A DNA stretch of 64,000 bases from positions 519,531-583,530 of the forward strand of contig CAWCFI010000003.1 in NCBI GenBank assembly GCA_963794705.1, written 5' to 3'. The translations under genes were made by a program, and so were the position numbers. Below the pieces are notes generated by a model that was not told the DNA's origin, searched no databases, and saw only the letters and a program-made list of their open reading frames with translations. This document shows positions 47,924-58,863 of the stretch, piece by piece. Positions within the stretch are counted from its first letter, which is position 1. The number at the start of each line of letters is the position of its first letter. The DNA comes from an uncultured Acidobacteriota bacterium (GTDB taxonomy: Bacteria > Acidobacteriota > Vicinamibacteria > Vicinamibacterales > CAVVIG01).

Positions 47924-49314
47924 TCAATCGCGAGGCCGCTGCAGATCCTTCAGCTGCAACGCATTGATGTCGGCGATGATCTTCGCATAGGCGCGCGTCG
48001 TCGCCGCCAGGCCGTCGGCGGGGATGATGTCGGGCGTCTCCTTGTCGGAGTGCCAGTAGAGGCCGGTATCGATCAGCTGCATCGACGGCGCAAGATTCTG
48101 GATCCGGCCGATCTCGCCGGCCGCGCCGCGCTCGCCGCGGTCGTAGATCGGCACGCCGAAGCTGCGGTAGGCGCCAAGCACGATTTCCTCGAGCGAGTGG
48201 CTGCCGCCGACGTACCAGCATCAGCGGCGAGGTCGAACTCGCCTTGCGCACCGTGCCGTTGTAGGAGACCAGCTGGTTCGCCGCGGTGTGCTCGCAGTTG
48301 ATCAACAGCGCCGTCTTCGCGAACAGCTCGGGATGCTGCGACAGCCAGGTGCCGCTCTCCGCGGTGCCGTCGTGATGGCCGGTCGACCCGATAAACGTGA
48401 TCGTGCGGCGCCGCTGCGACGCCGGCACCTTCGCGAAGTACTCGGCGATCCCGAGCAGCGTCGCGATGCCGGTGCCGTTGTCGTTCGCGCCTTCGAACCA
48501 GCCGTCGCGATGCGCGACGACCATGACGTTCTCGTCGCTGGTGCCAGGCAGCGTGCCCCAGATCGTCGCGGTCTTCAGTCCGGGGACCATTTTCACGTCG
48601 AGTGCCAGCCTGACGCGTGGGGCGGGGCCGCCGGCCGATTTCGCGATCAGCTCACGCACCGCCAGCCCATCGTCCTGTCCGAGCGCAAAGGTCGGCATCG
48701 CGCTCTGCACCGGATAGAACTGGAAGTGCAGGTTGCCCGGGATCATCAGCGTGATGAAGATCGCCGCGGCGCCCTTCTCGCCGATGCGCTTCCACGCGCC
48801 GTTGGACGCGGTGGCGTGGCGCGACATGTAGTCGTTGCTGTAGAAGAAGACCGCCTTCCCCTTCAGATCCTGACGCGCGAGATCGGCGTCGGTGGCGAGT
48901 CCGACATCGACCGCTTCGAGCTCGAGCCCACCCGCCGGTGTGGCGACGCCACGATGGGTCGGCTGCGCGCTGCCGAGCACAAGGCTCTTGCCGCCGCCAG
49001 ACGCGCTGACGCTCCACGACTCCGGCATCCACTGCGGCGGCAGATCGAACGGCTGGTCGTGGACATCGGAGACCCCGAGCGCCTTGAGCTTCGCCATCAG
49101 CCAACGGCCGTTCTCGGCGTCGGCCTCACTGCCGATGATCCGGCCCCAGAACTGCGGATGCCCGTTGTCGCGATAGCGCCGCGACATCGCCGCCAGCTCC
49201 TCGACGTACAGACTTCAGGTGCGCGCCGTCGATCGACGCATACGAGTCGGCCGCGCGCAGCGGCAGCACCAGGCACGACACTCCCGCGATGATCGCCACG
49301 ATCGTTCGCCGCAT
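47924..49314 (-). pseudogene. M28 family metallopeptidase, secreted, at least 2 frameshifts
   Basis: AAGGAGG SD and ATG at 49314 (MRRTIVAIIAGVSCLVLPLRA). HRDGWFEGANDNGTGIATLLGIAEYF. The C-terminus FGVPIYDRGERGAAGEIGRI...YAKIIADINALQLKDLQRPRD is in ORF 47924..48181. Confidence 0.75.
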
Positions 49315-49406
49315 GACCACCTCCTTACCGCCCCTTTTCGGGTGAGTTTATCGCGCCTCGGGCGCCGCGCAAGCGTAAGATAGCGGCTCTCACGACTGGA
49401 GGAGAC

Positions 49407-51551
49407 ATGACGCGCAGATTCGGGCTCCTGTGTCTGTCGGCGGCGTTGCTTGCGGTCTCCACGGGGCTCTCGGGACAGGATCGCGCGGGCGCGGCGCGTC
49501 CGCCGTCGACCGCCAGCGGCGACTGGCCGCACTACACCGCCGACATGCGCGGCACGAAGTACTCGCCGCTCGATCAGATCAACGCCGCCAACTTCAAGAC
49601 GCTCGAAGTCGCCTGGCGCTTCAAGACCGACATGCTTGGGCCGCGCCCCGAGTACAAGCTCGAAGGCACGCCGCTCGCGATCAACGGCGTCCTCTATACG
49701 ACCGGCGGCACCCGGCGCTCGGTGGTCGCGCTCGACGGCAAGACCGGCGAGTTGTTGTGGGCGCACAGCTTGCGTGAGGGTAAGCGCGCCGGCGTCTCGC
49801 CGAGACAGCTGTCGGGCCGAGGGCTCTCGTACTGGACCGACGGCCGCGGCGACGACCGCGTGCTCTATGTCACCACCGGTTATCGCCTGGTCGCGCTCAA
49901 CGCCCACAACGGCGCGCCGATCGCCGGCTTCGGCAAGGATGGCATCGTCGATCTGAAGGAGGGCGCGGTGTTCGGCGCCGGGCAGCAGATCGATCTCGAG
50001 ACCGGCGAGATCGGCTGGCACGCGACCCCCGCCATCGCGAAGGACGTCGTCATCGTCGGATCGTCGTTTCGCGAAGGCGCAACCGTCAGCACCCACAACA
50101 ACACCAAGGGCCTGGTGCGCGGTTTCGACGTGCGGACCGGCAAGCGCCTGTGGACCTTCAACACGATCCCGCTGCCCGGCGAGTTCGGCAACGACTCGTG
50201 GGAGAAGGACTCGTGGGCCGTCAATGGCAACAACGGCGTCTGGACCCAAATCACCGTGGACGAAGAGCTCGGCCTCGTCTATCTGCCGGTCGAGACGCCG
50301 ACTTCCGACTACTACGGCGGACACCGGCCCGGCAACAACCTGTTCGCCGAAAGCCTGGTCTGCGTCGATCTCAAGACCGGCGTCCGCAAGTGGCACTACC
50401 AGCTGGTGCACCATCCGCTCTGGAACTACGACATGTCCTCCGCGCCGATCCTCGCGGACATCACCGTGAACGGGCGGGCCATCAAAGCGGTGGCGGTCGC
50501 CGGGAAGCAGGCGTTTCTGTTCGTCTTCGATCGCGTCACTGGACAACCGGTCTGGCCGATCGAGGAGCGGCCCGTGCCGACGTCGGACGTGCCGGGCGAG
50601 ACCACGAGCCCGACGCAGCCGTTTCCGACCAGGCCGCCGGCCTACGCCCGGAACTATCTGAAGGTTCCGGACGATCTGATCGACTTCACGCCGGAGCTCC
50701 GCGCCCAGGCGATCAAGAACATCTCACGCTACAAGGTCGGACCGTGGATGTACAACCCGCCGGTGCTCGGCGACGTCAACGGCGTGCTCGGCGCGATCAA
50801 CATGGGCAACGCGGTGGGAGGCACCAACTGGCCGGGCATCGCCTACGACCCGGAAACCCACACCGCCTTCGCCAACGCGAACAACGTCGGCATCACCTCG
50901 GGATCGCTGGTGCCGCCGCCGCCGAACTTTTCGGACATCCGGTATGTGTCGGGTATCGCCGGACGGCCGTTCACCGAGGTGATCGGCCCGGGCGACTGCT
51001 GCGCCGCCGACTCGCCGCGAGCGGCCGCGCAGGCGGCGGCGCAACGAGCCGCCGCGGCGGCGCCGCCCGCACCGGCCAACGCGCCAACGGTCGGCGGCGG
51101 TGCCGGCGGCGGCCTGCTCGTGGACGGCCTGACCATCCTCAAGCCGCCCTACGGCACCATCTCCGCCATCAACCTCGATCGCGGCGACATCGTCTGGCAG
51201 GTGGCGCACGGCGACACGCCGGACAACGTCCGGAATCATCCCGCGCTCAAAGGTCTGACGATTCCAAAGACCGGACAGGCCGGCACCGGCGGCATCGGGC
51301 TGATGGTGACGAAGACGCTGGTGGTGATGGGCGATCCGCAGTTGACGACGACGCCCGATCATCCGCGCGGCGCCATGCTGCGCGCCTACGACAAGAGCGC
51401 GGGCGCGGAAGTCGGCGCCATCTGGATGGCGGCGCCGCAGAGCGGCTCGCCGATGACCTACCTCGTGGACGGCAAGCAGTACATCGTGGTGGCGATCAGC
51501 GGCGGCAACTACTCGGGGGAATACGTCGCGTTCACGCTGCCGCAGCGGTGA
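49407..51551 (+). CDS. Soluble PQQ-dependent dehydrogenase, paralog C (intact)
   Basis: 714 aa, GGAGGA SD, signal peptide. [55 protein letters not shown]. Confidence 0.9.
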   Translation: MTRRFGLLCLSAALLAVSTGLSGQDRAGAARPPSTASGDWPHYTADMRGTKYSPLDQINAANFKTLEVAWRFKTDMLGPRPEYKLEGTPLAINGVLYTTGGTRRSVVALDGKTGELLWAHSLREGKRAGVSPRQLSGRGLSYWTDGRGDDRVLYVTTGYRLVALNAHNGAPIAGFGKDGIVDLKEGAVFGAGQQIDLETGEIGWHATPAIAKDVVIVGSSFREGATVSTHNNTKGLVRGFDVRTGKRLWTFNTIPLPGEFGNDSWEKDSWAVNGNNGVWTQITVDEELGLVYLPVETPTSDYYGGHRPGNNLFAESLVCVDLKTGVRKWHYQLVHHPLWNYDMSSAPILADITVNGRAIKAVAVAGKQAFLFVFDRVTGQPVWPIEERPVPTSDVPGETTSPTQPFPTRPPAYARNYLKVPDDLIDFTPELRAQAIKNISRYKVGPWMYNPPVLGDVNGVLGAINMGNAVGGTNWPGIAYDPETHTAFANANNVGITSGSLVPPPPNFSDIRYVSGIAGRPFTEVIGPGDCCAADSPRAAAQAAAQRAAAAAPPAPANAPTVGGGAGGGLLVDGLTILKPPYGTISAINLDRGDIVWQVAHGDTPDNVRNHPALKGLTIPKTGQAGTGGIGLMVTKTLVVMGDPQLTTTPDHPRGAMLRAYDKSAGAEVGAIWMAAPQSGSPMTYLVDGKQYIVVAISGGNYSGEYVAFTLPQR

Positions 51552-51558
51552 TGCAGAT

Positions 51559-51628
51559 GGCAGGCCTAAAGGCCTGCACTACGACACATGTCGCGCTCCG
51601 ACATGTAGCGCAGACCTTCAGGTCTGCC
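51559..51628. repeat. REPIN-like inverted REP doublet
   Basis: GGCAGGCCTAAAGGCCTGCACTAC, 22 nt, GTAGCGCAGACCTTCAGGTCTGCC. Lies between convergent genes. Confidence 0.85.
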
Positions 51629-51638
51629 GTCGCCGCGT

Positions 51639-53264
51639 TCAGTGCGCCGCGAGCTCCGGCTCCACGGCGCGGGTCCGGAGCGGTTCGTCCCGCAACACGA
51701 TGTGCAGGATCACCGCCGGCACCATGATCGCGGCGGCGCAGAGGTAGATCAGGTGCAGTCCGCTGGCGAGCGAGGCGCGGACGTTGTCGAACAGCGTCTG
51801 CAGCAGCGCGGGTCCGCCCGGGAAGCGGCTGAAGGCCGCCTCCATCTGCGGGCGCACCTGCACCAACAGCAGCGGGTTCGCGAAATACGGTGCCGCGGCC
51901 GCGGGTACGTGTGCCGGCATCGACTGTTCGAATACCGCGTGATAGCGGGTCAGCATGATCGAGCCGAACGCGGCGACGCCCACCGTGCTGCCAATCGATC
52001 GGAAGAAGATCGTCGACGAGGTGGCCGAACCCATCTGCCGCCGGGGCGCGACGTTCTGCACCGCAAGCGTGTAGACCGGTTGCAGCAGTCCCATGCCCAG
52101 GCCCGAGATGACCATGCCGCCGGCGACGAACAGCCTCGTGGTATCCACGCCCATCTGCGCGAAGACCACCATGCCGATCGCCACCAGCACGGAACCGACC
52201 ACCGCCACCTTCTTGTAGGTGCCGGTCCTCGACACCGTCTGGCCGCCGACGATGCTGCCGACGACGGCGCCCATCATCAGCGGCGTGAGCAGATTCCCCG
52301 ACTGCGTCGCCGACACCCCGAGCACACCCTGCATGAACAGGGGCAGATAGATAATCACGCCGAACATGCCCATCCCGAGCACGAAGGCGCAGACCGAACA
52401 GATCGCGATGATCGGATCCCTGAAGAGCATCAGCGGAATCACCGGCTCGGGAGCCTGGGATTCGGCATACAGGAACAGCGCGAGCATCACGGCCGCGAGT
52501 GCCAGCAGTGACTCGACGCGCACCGACGTCCAGCCGTACTGCGTGGCCCAGGTCAGCGCCAGCAGCAGCGGCACCACCGTGCCGATCAACGTGGCGAAGC
52601 CGGCCCAGTCGAGCCGGCGCGTGGCGCCGCGCGGCTTCATGTGGGGAAACTCGAAGTAGATCGCCGCGACCGCGACCGCGCCCACCGGGAGATTGACCCA
52701 GAAGCAGGCGCGCCACGACCAGTGGTCGGTCAGCCAGCCGCCCAGCGTCGGTCCGAAGATCGACGCCAGACCCCACACCGCGGCGAACAGTCCTTGAAAG
52801 CGCCCGCGCTCGGCCGGCGAGAAGATGTCGCCCACGATCGTGAACAGCAGCCCCATCACCATCCCGGCGCCGATCCCCTGCAGGCCGCGGAACAGAATCA
52901 GCTGCCCCATGCCGTCGATCGGCAGGAACGTGAGCGTGCCGGCGGCGCCGCACAGCGCCGACGTCGCCGTGAAGAGGGTGGCACCCAGCAGAAAGAACGG
53001 CTTGCGCCCGTGGATATCGGACAGGCTCGCGAAGATCGGCACCGACACCGTCGAGGTCAGCAGGTAGGCGGTCGCGATCCAGGGATAACGGTCGAACCCG
53101 GACAGCTGCGCGATGATGCGCGGCTCGGCGGTACCGACGATGGTCTGGTCGATGGCCGCGAGCAGCGCGGCCAGCAGCAGTCCGGTCAAGGTGCCGACCA
53201 GCTGCGGACGGGTCAGCCGGACCAGACCCGAGGTGCGAAACTCCGTCTCGGTCGCAGCGGTCAC
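51639..53264 (-). CDS. MFS transporter, DHA2 (14-TMS, EmrB/QacA-like) family
   Basis: 541 aa, about 14 hydrophobic segments. LSDIHGRKPFFL motif. Confidence 0.85.
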   Translation of the reverse strand: MTAATETEFRTSGLVRLTRPQLVGTLTGLLLAALLAAIDQTIVGTAEPRIIAQLSGFDRYPWIATAYLLTSTVSVPIFASLSDIHGRKPFFLLGATLFTATSALCGAAGTLTFLPIDGMGQLILFRGLQGIGAGMVMGLLFTIVGDIFSPAERGRFQGLFAAVWGLASIFGPTLGGWLTDHWSWRACFWVNLPVGAVAVAAIYFEFPHMKPRGATRRLDWAGFATLIGTVVPLLLALTWATQYGWTSVRVESLLALAAVMLALFLYAESQAPEPVIPLMLFRDPIIAICSVCAFVLGMGMFGVIIYLPLFMQGVLGVSATQSGNLLTPLMMGAVVGSIVGGQTVSRTGTYKKVAVVGSVLVAIGMVVFAQMGVDTTRLFVAGGMVISGLGMGLLQPVYTLAVQNVAPRRQMGSATSSTIFFRSIGSTVGVAAFGSIMLTRYHAVFEQSMPAHVPAAAAPYFANPLLLVQVRPQMEAAFSRFPGGPALLQTLFDNVRASLASGLHLIYLCAAAIMVPAVILHIVLRDEPLRTRAVEPELAAH

Positions 53265-53283
53265 TGACTCTCCTCTCGATGTC

Positions 53284-53913
53284 TCACGGCTTCGGCACCC
53301 TGAGCGTTGCGCTGATCATGGCGCTCCCGCTGGCCACGTACACGAGCGAGAGCGGGTGCAGCAGCGCCGGTCCCACTCGATACACGCCGAACCAGAGCCG
53401 GTCGTCGATGTGCCCCAGCGCGAAGGCGACGCCCAGGAGGACGACGAGCAGGATGCTGGTGGGGATCGGGGTGCCCTCGAAGTATTTCACTTTCCCGGTC
53501 TCGGCGTCGACCAATGCGGCGGCGGTCACGTTGAAGCGCGCCAGCCGGCTGATGCCGCACACCACGAAGTAGGTAAGGCACAGCATGTCCCAGCCGCCGC
53601 GCAGCCCCAGCGTGAACCCGAGCACCGCGGGCGCCACGCCGAATGAGATGACGTCGGACAGCGAGTCGAGATCGCCGCCCATCACCGACTGTCGGTTCCG
53701 GTGCAGCCGGGCGACATAGCCGTCGAGGACGTCGAGCACCAGCGCGAGCGGCAGCAGCACGAAGGCAATCCACAGGAACTTCCGGTTGTCCGCGGCGACG
53801 TAGTCGAGGCACAGGAAGATCGCGATCGTCCCGCAGCTCGCGTTGCCGATGGTGAGGACATCGGCGGGCGTGAAGGATCGCAGCAGCGACAGATGCCGTG
53901 TTTCGCGGGCCAC
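53284..53913 (-). CDS. pssA: CDP-alcohol phosphatidyltransferase (phosphatidylserine synthase-like)
   Basis: GTG at 53913. DGYVARLHRNRQSVMGGDLDSLSD matches D-G-x2-A-R-x8-G-x3-D-x3-D. Confidence 0.8.
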   Translation of the reverse strand: MARETRHLSLLRSFTPADVLTIGNASCGTIAIFLCLDYVAADNRKFLWIAFVLLPLALVLDVLDGYVARLHRNRQSVMGGDLDSLSDVISFGVAPAVLGFTLGLRGGWDMLCLTYFVVCGISRLARFNVTAAALVDAETGKVKYFEGTPIPTSILLVVLLGVAFALGHIDDRLWFGVYRVGPALLHPLSLVYVASGSAMISATLRVPKP

Positions 53914-53918
53914 GGCGC

Positions 53919-56900
53919 CTAGAACGTCATCGGCGCGAGCCCTGCCGCGGCGAGCGTCGCGTTCGCCGCGGGCACGTCCACGGACCTGATCGCGGTCCAC
54001 TTCGCCATCGCCGTCGCCGCAGACGCGCGGGCGCGCGAGATCGCGGTCAACTGCACCGTGGTCGGCTGCACATCCGCGCCCTGCAGCGAATTCATCACGC
54101 CGGCGAGACCGCCGCCCGCCGCGCTCAGCGTATCGCCGCCAGCCGCCGGTGTGCCCAACAGCGCCTCGATCGACGAATCGAGGGTAGTCAACGCGGCGGC
54201 CGCCGGCCCTGACGCCTGCGCCTTCCTGGCCGCGATCTGATCGCGGATCGCCCGCGCCTGCCGCGCCGCCGCCTGCACGTCGATCGCGCCGTAGTAGAGC
54301 GCCTTCGACAGCGTGTAGACCTGCTGCATCGCGAGCGCGGGCGTCTTGACGCGCGGATCGGCCTTGACGACGATCGGCTGCGAGTAGGTCTTGCCGTTGA
54401 CCGTCAGCTTCACCGTGAACGTGCCCGGGATTGACCCACGGCGTCGTCGGCGCCGGGACCGTGTTGTGGCCGATCGCGGCGATCGGCAGCGTTCGGCCGC
54501 CGACCGCCGCGCCGTCTGCCGCCGTCCGGGGAGCGGCTGATAGTGCACGTCCCAGGTGAAGCGGTGCATGCCGGCCGCCGCCGACAGCGCCGTCGGCGGG
54601 CGATACCAGTAGAGCGGCATCGTGCTGGTCTTCGGATCGGGCGTGAAGACGGTGGTCGGTGCTCGAGTAATTGCGCACCGCGCTTGCCGTCGCGCCGAAG
54701 ATCTCCGAGCGTCGACCGGACCGCTCGCGGCCGACTTCAAGTAGTAGTCGATGATCGCGCCTTCCGGGCGGATTGGGTGCCGCCGGCTCGTCGGGCGGCA
54801 GCGGCGTGTCGGTGTTCATGTTCCACCGCACGCGCAGCGCCGGCTGCGGCTTGAACAGGATCACGTCCGCTCGGCACCGTCGCGCCGCTCGCTCGTCGAT
54901 CTGCCGCAGCGGCGTGATGTCGTCGAGGATCCAGATGCCGCGGCCGTGCGTGCCGACCACCAGGTCGTCGTCCTTGATCACGCAGATCGCGGACCGACGA
55001 CGCCGCCATGTTCAGCCGCAGCGACTGCCAATGATCGCCGTCGTCGAACGACACGTAGACCTGCGTCTCCGATCCGGCGAACAGCAGCCCCTTGCGCTTC
55101 GGATCTTCGCGCACGACGCTGACCGGCGCGCCGCCGGGAATGCCGTTGACGATCTCCGTCCAGGTCTTGCCGCCGTCGTGGGTCCGGTAGAGATGCGGGT
55201 TCATGTCGTCAAGGCGCAGCGTGTTGACCGCCGCGTAGGCGGTCAGCGGATCGAAGCGGCCGGGATCGATCGTGAACACCTTCATGAACGGCGAGAGCTG
55301 CGGCGGGGTGACATTGGTCCAGTGCAGGCCGCCGTCCGCCGTCGTGGCGATCACGCCGTCGTCGGTGCCGATCCAGATCCGGTTGATGTCGCGTGTACGA
55401 CGGACCGATCGTGTAGATGACCTGCGCGCGGGATCGCGCCGCGCTCGCGCGCTCGCACGCTGGACGCGTAGGTGCCGACGCTCTTCGGGACGTCCCACGT
55501 CTCGCGCGTCAGGTCGGGGCTGATCTGCTTCCAGTTGATGCCGCCGTCGATCGTCTTCCACAGCACGTTGTTGCCGTAGAACAGCGCCCGCTTGTCGACC
55601 GTCGAGAACACGACCGGCTGCGTGCGGACGGTGCGATAGGTCGGGCGCGCCGGCGGGCCGCCGCGGCCACGGCCGCCGCCTCTGCCGCCTTCGACCGGCC
55701 CGACGTTCGACACCTGGCCGGTGCGGCGATCGTAGCGCGTCACCTTGCCGCCGTAGACGAGATCGGGATCGAGCGGGTCGGGCGCGGCGTAGCCGTATTC
55801 CTCGACGCCGACCGGATGCCACTCGCGAATCGTGATCTGCGCCGTCGTTGCCGCGGCTCGCGATGCAGACCGATCCGCTGTCCTGCTGACCGCCGCAGAC
55901 GCGATACGGAAACGCGTTGTCGGTCATCACGTGGTACAGCGCGGCGGTCGACTGCGTGAACCACGAGCTCCAGGTCTGGCCGCCGTTCAGGGTGATCGAC
56001 CGCGCCCTGATCGATCACCAGCAGCATGATGTTCGGGTCGTTCGGGTTCCACCAGATGTTCTGGTTGTCGTCGCCGCCAGGCGCGCCCTTGAACGGCACG
56101 AACGTCCGTGCCGCCGTCGGTGGACTTGTGGCTGACGACGTCGGTGACGATCAGGGTGTCGGGATCCTTCGGATGGACGTGCGGCACCACTTCGTTGATG
56201 CGGCTGACCGGACGCGCATCGGTGGTGCTGCGCACCCACGTCTCTCCGGCATCGTCCGAGCGATAGATGCCGGTGCCGTTCCCGGTGGCCTCGAGCGTCA
56301 CGTAGATGCGCTTCGGATTGCTCGGCGCGATCGTCGAGCTCGGCGTTGATGATCGCCGTCGGGCAGCCCCTGCTTCAACGGCTTCCAGGTCGTGCCGCCG
56401 TCGACCGACTTGAAGATGCCGCCGCTGGTGCCGCCCCACGCGCCGTTCTCCCACGGGCCCTGACGCTGTTCCCACAGCGTCGCGTAGACGATGTCGGGGT
56501 TCGACGGATCGATGTCCACGTCCTTGCCGCCGGTGTTCTCGTCCTTGAACAGCACCCGATCGAACGTCTTACCGCCGTCGGTCGATCGGAAGATGCCGCG
56601 TTCCTGGTTGGGGCCGTAGGGATGGCCGAGCGCGGCGACGAACAGCGCGGTTCGCGTTCTTGGGATCGATGGCGATCTTCGGAATCTGCTGCGCGTCGCG
56701 CAGGCCGAGGTGCGTCCAGGTCTCGCCGGCGTCGGTCGACTTGTAGATCCCGTCGCCGACCGCGAGGTCCGGGACGCGGCAGCCCTTCGCCGCTGCCGAC
56801 GTAGACGACGTTCGGATCGGACAAGGCCACCGACACCCATCCGATCGATCCGGTCGGCTGGTCGTCGAAGATCGGCTTCCAGGTGCGGCCGGCGTCGGTT

Positions 56901-57142
56901 GTTTTCCACACGCCGCCGTTCACCATGCCGATGTAGAAGGTGTACGGCTGGCTCGGCACGCCGGCCGCCGCCTTGGTGCGGCCCGCCGCGATAGGGCCGA
57001 TGTTGCGCCACTTCATGTCGGCAAACAGCGACGGGTTCACGCCGGGCGCCTGCTGCGCGGGAATGGAGACCACGAGGGAACCGACCAGCGCAAAGGTGAC
57101 GGCGAGCACGGAACAGAGGCGGCGTGAGGACATGCTGGACAT
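53919..57142 (-). pseudogene. Secreted BNR/Asp-box repeat (sortilin/VPS10-like) protein, many frameshifts
   Basis: Signal MSSRRLCSVLAVTFALVGSLVVSIPAQ. Asp-box motifs across frames: [78 protein letters not shown]. Confidence 0.75.
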
Positions 57143-57147
57143 TCTAA

Positions 57148-57901
57148 CTATTCCCAGCGAAAGACCCTGGACGACACCGCGATGCCGACGATGCACACCA
57201 GCGCCAGGGCCGCGATGTCGCTGCAGGTGGGCGCTCCATGCTTCGCCCTTCCAGATCCCCTGCAGCAGCGACACCGCATAGGTGAGCGGCAGCACGCGCG
57301 CCAGCGTCTGCAGCGCCGGCGGCAGCGCTCCCAGCGGAAAGAACAGGCCCGACAGGCCGACCATCGGGTACAGGATCGCGGCGCCGATCGGCTGCGCAAA
57401 GCGCGCGGTCGGCACCACGCTGGCGATCACGAATCCGATCGAGAGGATGCTGGCGGTGCTGATCAGCAGGGCGATCGCGAAACTCAGCAGCGGCGCCGCC
57501 ACCGTCACGGGGTAGTAGCGCTTGCCGGCGAGGATCATCAGGATCAGCGTGACGACGGTCAGCAGGAGCTTGACCAGGACGTGAGCCGAGAGGATTGTCT
57601 GTGGACGCAGCGGGGTCGCGCGCAGCCGCTTGAGAATCCCGCCCTCACGGTAAATCGAGACGATCGTGACGAGCGACAGCACCGCCGTGATGGCGATCAT
57701 CACCGACGCAAACACCGGCAGATCGACGCTCAGCAGGTTGCCGTCCGGGAGCGCCGGCATGGCCGTCCGCCGGCCGCCGGCGAGCCGGCCGAACCCCACG
57801 AAGATCGCCACGGGGATGAGGATCGTCCCCAGCGCGCCCAGCGGCTCGCGCATGAAGATCTTGATCTCGAGCCAGGTCAGCTGCAGCAGTCCTCGCCACA
57901 T
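57148..57901 (-). pseudogene. ABC-2 type transporter permease, one frameshift near 57235
   Basis: MWRGLLQLTWLEIKIFMREPLGALGTILIPV...; six hydrophobic segments. The C-terminus DIAALALVCIVGIAVSSRVFRWE is in ORF 57148..57399. Confidence 0.8.
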
Positions 57902-57952
57902 TCCTCAGTCCTCAGTCCTCAGTCCGTCAGTCGGCAGTCTCAGTCTCAGTCG
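57902..57952. repeat. GACTGAG/CTGAGGA heptamer array forming the RBS of the ABC permease gene
   Basis: Minus strand reads tgagac tgagac tgccgac tgacggac tgaggac tgaggac tgagga ATG. Same motif family as 37128..37231. Confidence 0.8.
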
Positions 57953-58863
57953 CGAATCGAATGGCCGGTGACCGTGAGAAACACGTCCTCGAGCGTCGGC
58001 ATCAGCGTGCGGAAGTCGGTCGCCCGGATTCGGTGGTCCGACAGGCATTGGATCACGTCGGCCACGAAATCCTCGCCGCGGCCGCGGATGACGTAGCGGT
58101 CGTCGCGCTGCTCTACCGCGTCGACCGACGCGATCCGCCGGAAGTGCGCCGCTGCGTTCGGGTCGGCGGTGCCGACCTCTATCGTGCGCTCCGGGCAGTG
58201 CTTCGCGACCAGCCGCGCCGGTGTGTCGATGTCCACGATGCGGCCGTGGTCGATGATCGCGACGCGGTCGCATAGCCGCTCGGCCTCCTCCATCAGGTGC
58301 GTCGTGAGGAAGACGGTCTTGCCGCGCGCGCGAATGCCGCGCACCAGATCCCAGATGGTCCGGCGCGACTGCGGGTCCAGCCCGGTGGTCAGCTCGTCGA
58401 GAAAGACGACGTCGGGATCGTTGACGAGCGCGAGCGCGATGAACAGCCGCTGCTTCTGCCCGCCCGACAAGGTCATGAACCACGCGTTGCGCTTGTCCGA
58501 CAGACCGAGCTGGTCGAGCAGACGGTCGCCATCGGCGGCTGGCCGGCGGTAGAGCGAGGCCCACAGGTGCACCGCCTCCCACACCTTGATCCGTTTCTGG
58601 AGCTGCGCCTGCTGGAGCTGCACGCCGATCCGCTGTTGCAGCTGGTAGACATCGCGGACCGGGTCCAGGCCGAGGACCGAAATGGTGCCGCGATCGGGTT
58701 GGCGCACGCCTTCGACGCATTCCATCGTCGTGGTCTTGCCGGCGCCGTTGGGGCCGATCAGTCCGAAGATTTCCCCGTCGGCGACGTCGAACGACACCTC
58801 GTCGACGGCCACGGTCGAGCCGTAGGTCTTGCGACAGCCGGAAACCCGTATTACGGGATCCAC
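57946..58863 (-). CDS. ABC transporter ATP-binding protein
   Basis: GTG at 58863 overlaps the end of the YVTN gene. Walker A GPNGAGKTT, signature LSGGQKQR, Walker B VVFLDE. Confidence 0.88.
   Translation of the reverse strand: MDPVIRVSGCRKTYGSTVAVDEVSFDVADGEIFGLIGPNGAGKTTTMECVEGVRQPDRGTISVLGLDPVRDVYQLQQRIGVQLQQAQLQKRIKVWEAVHLWASLYRRPAADGDRLLDQLGLSDKRNAWFMTLSGGQKQRLFIALALVNDPDVVFLDELTTGLDPQSRRTIWDLVRGIRARGKTVFLTTHLMEEAERLCDRVAIIDHGRIVDIDTPARLVAKHCPERTIEVGTADPNAAAHFRRIASVDAVEQRDDRYVIRGRGEDFVADVIQCLSDHRIRATDFRTLMPTLEDVFLTVTGHSIRD

Noticed and set aside
49407-51551. The PQQ dehydrogenases as XoxF/MxaF-type (lanthanide or calcium) methanol dehydrogenases.
   Set aside because: The HHP(I/L)W(D/N)YDM block and overall text resemble the glucose/quinate/shikimate quinoprotein branch. 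No mxa or xox accessory genes or adjacent cytochrome cL are present. The vicinal Cys in copy C is in a variable loop, not at the methanol-dehydrogenase position.
56375-57901. A 508-aa ORF that looks like a fusion of an ABC-2 permease and a BNR protein. Similar chimeric ORFs are 57946..59418, 53284..54981 and 20193..22433.
   Set aside because: In each case only one part carries family motifs, and the rest is an off-frame read of the neighbouring gene. Proper starts (ATG 57142, GTG 58863, GTG 53913, ATG 21668) with SD or overlap signals separate the genes.
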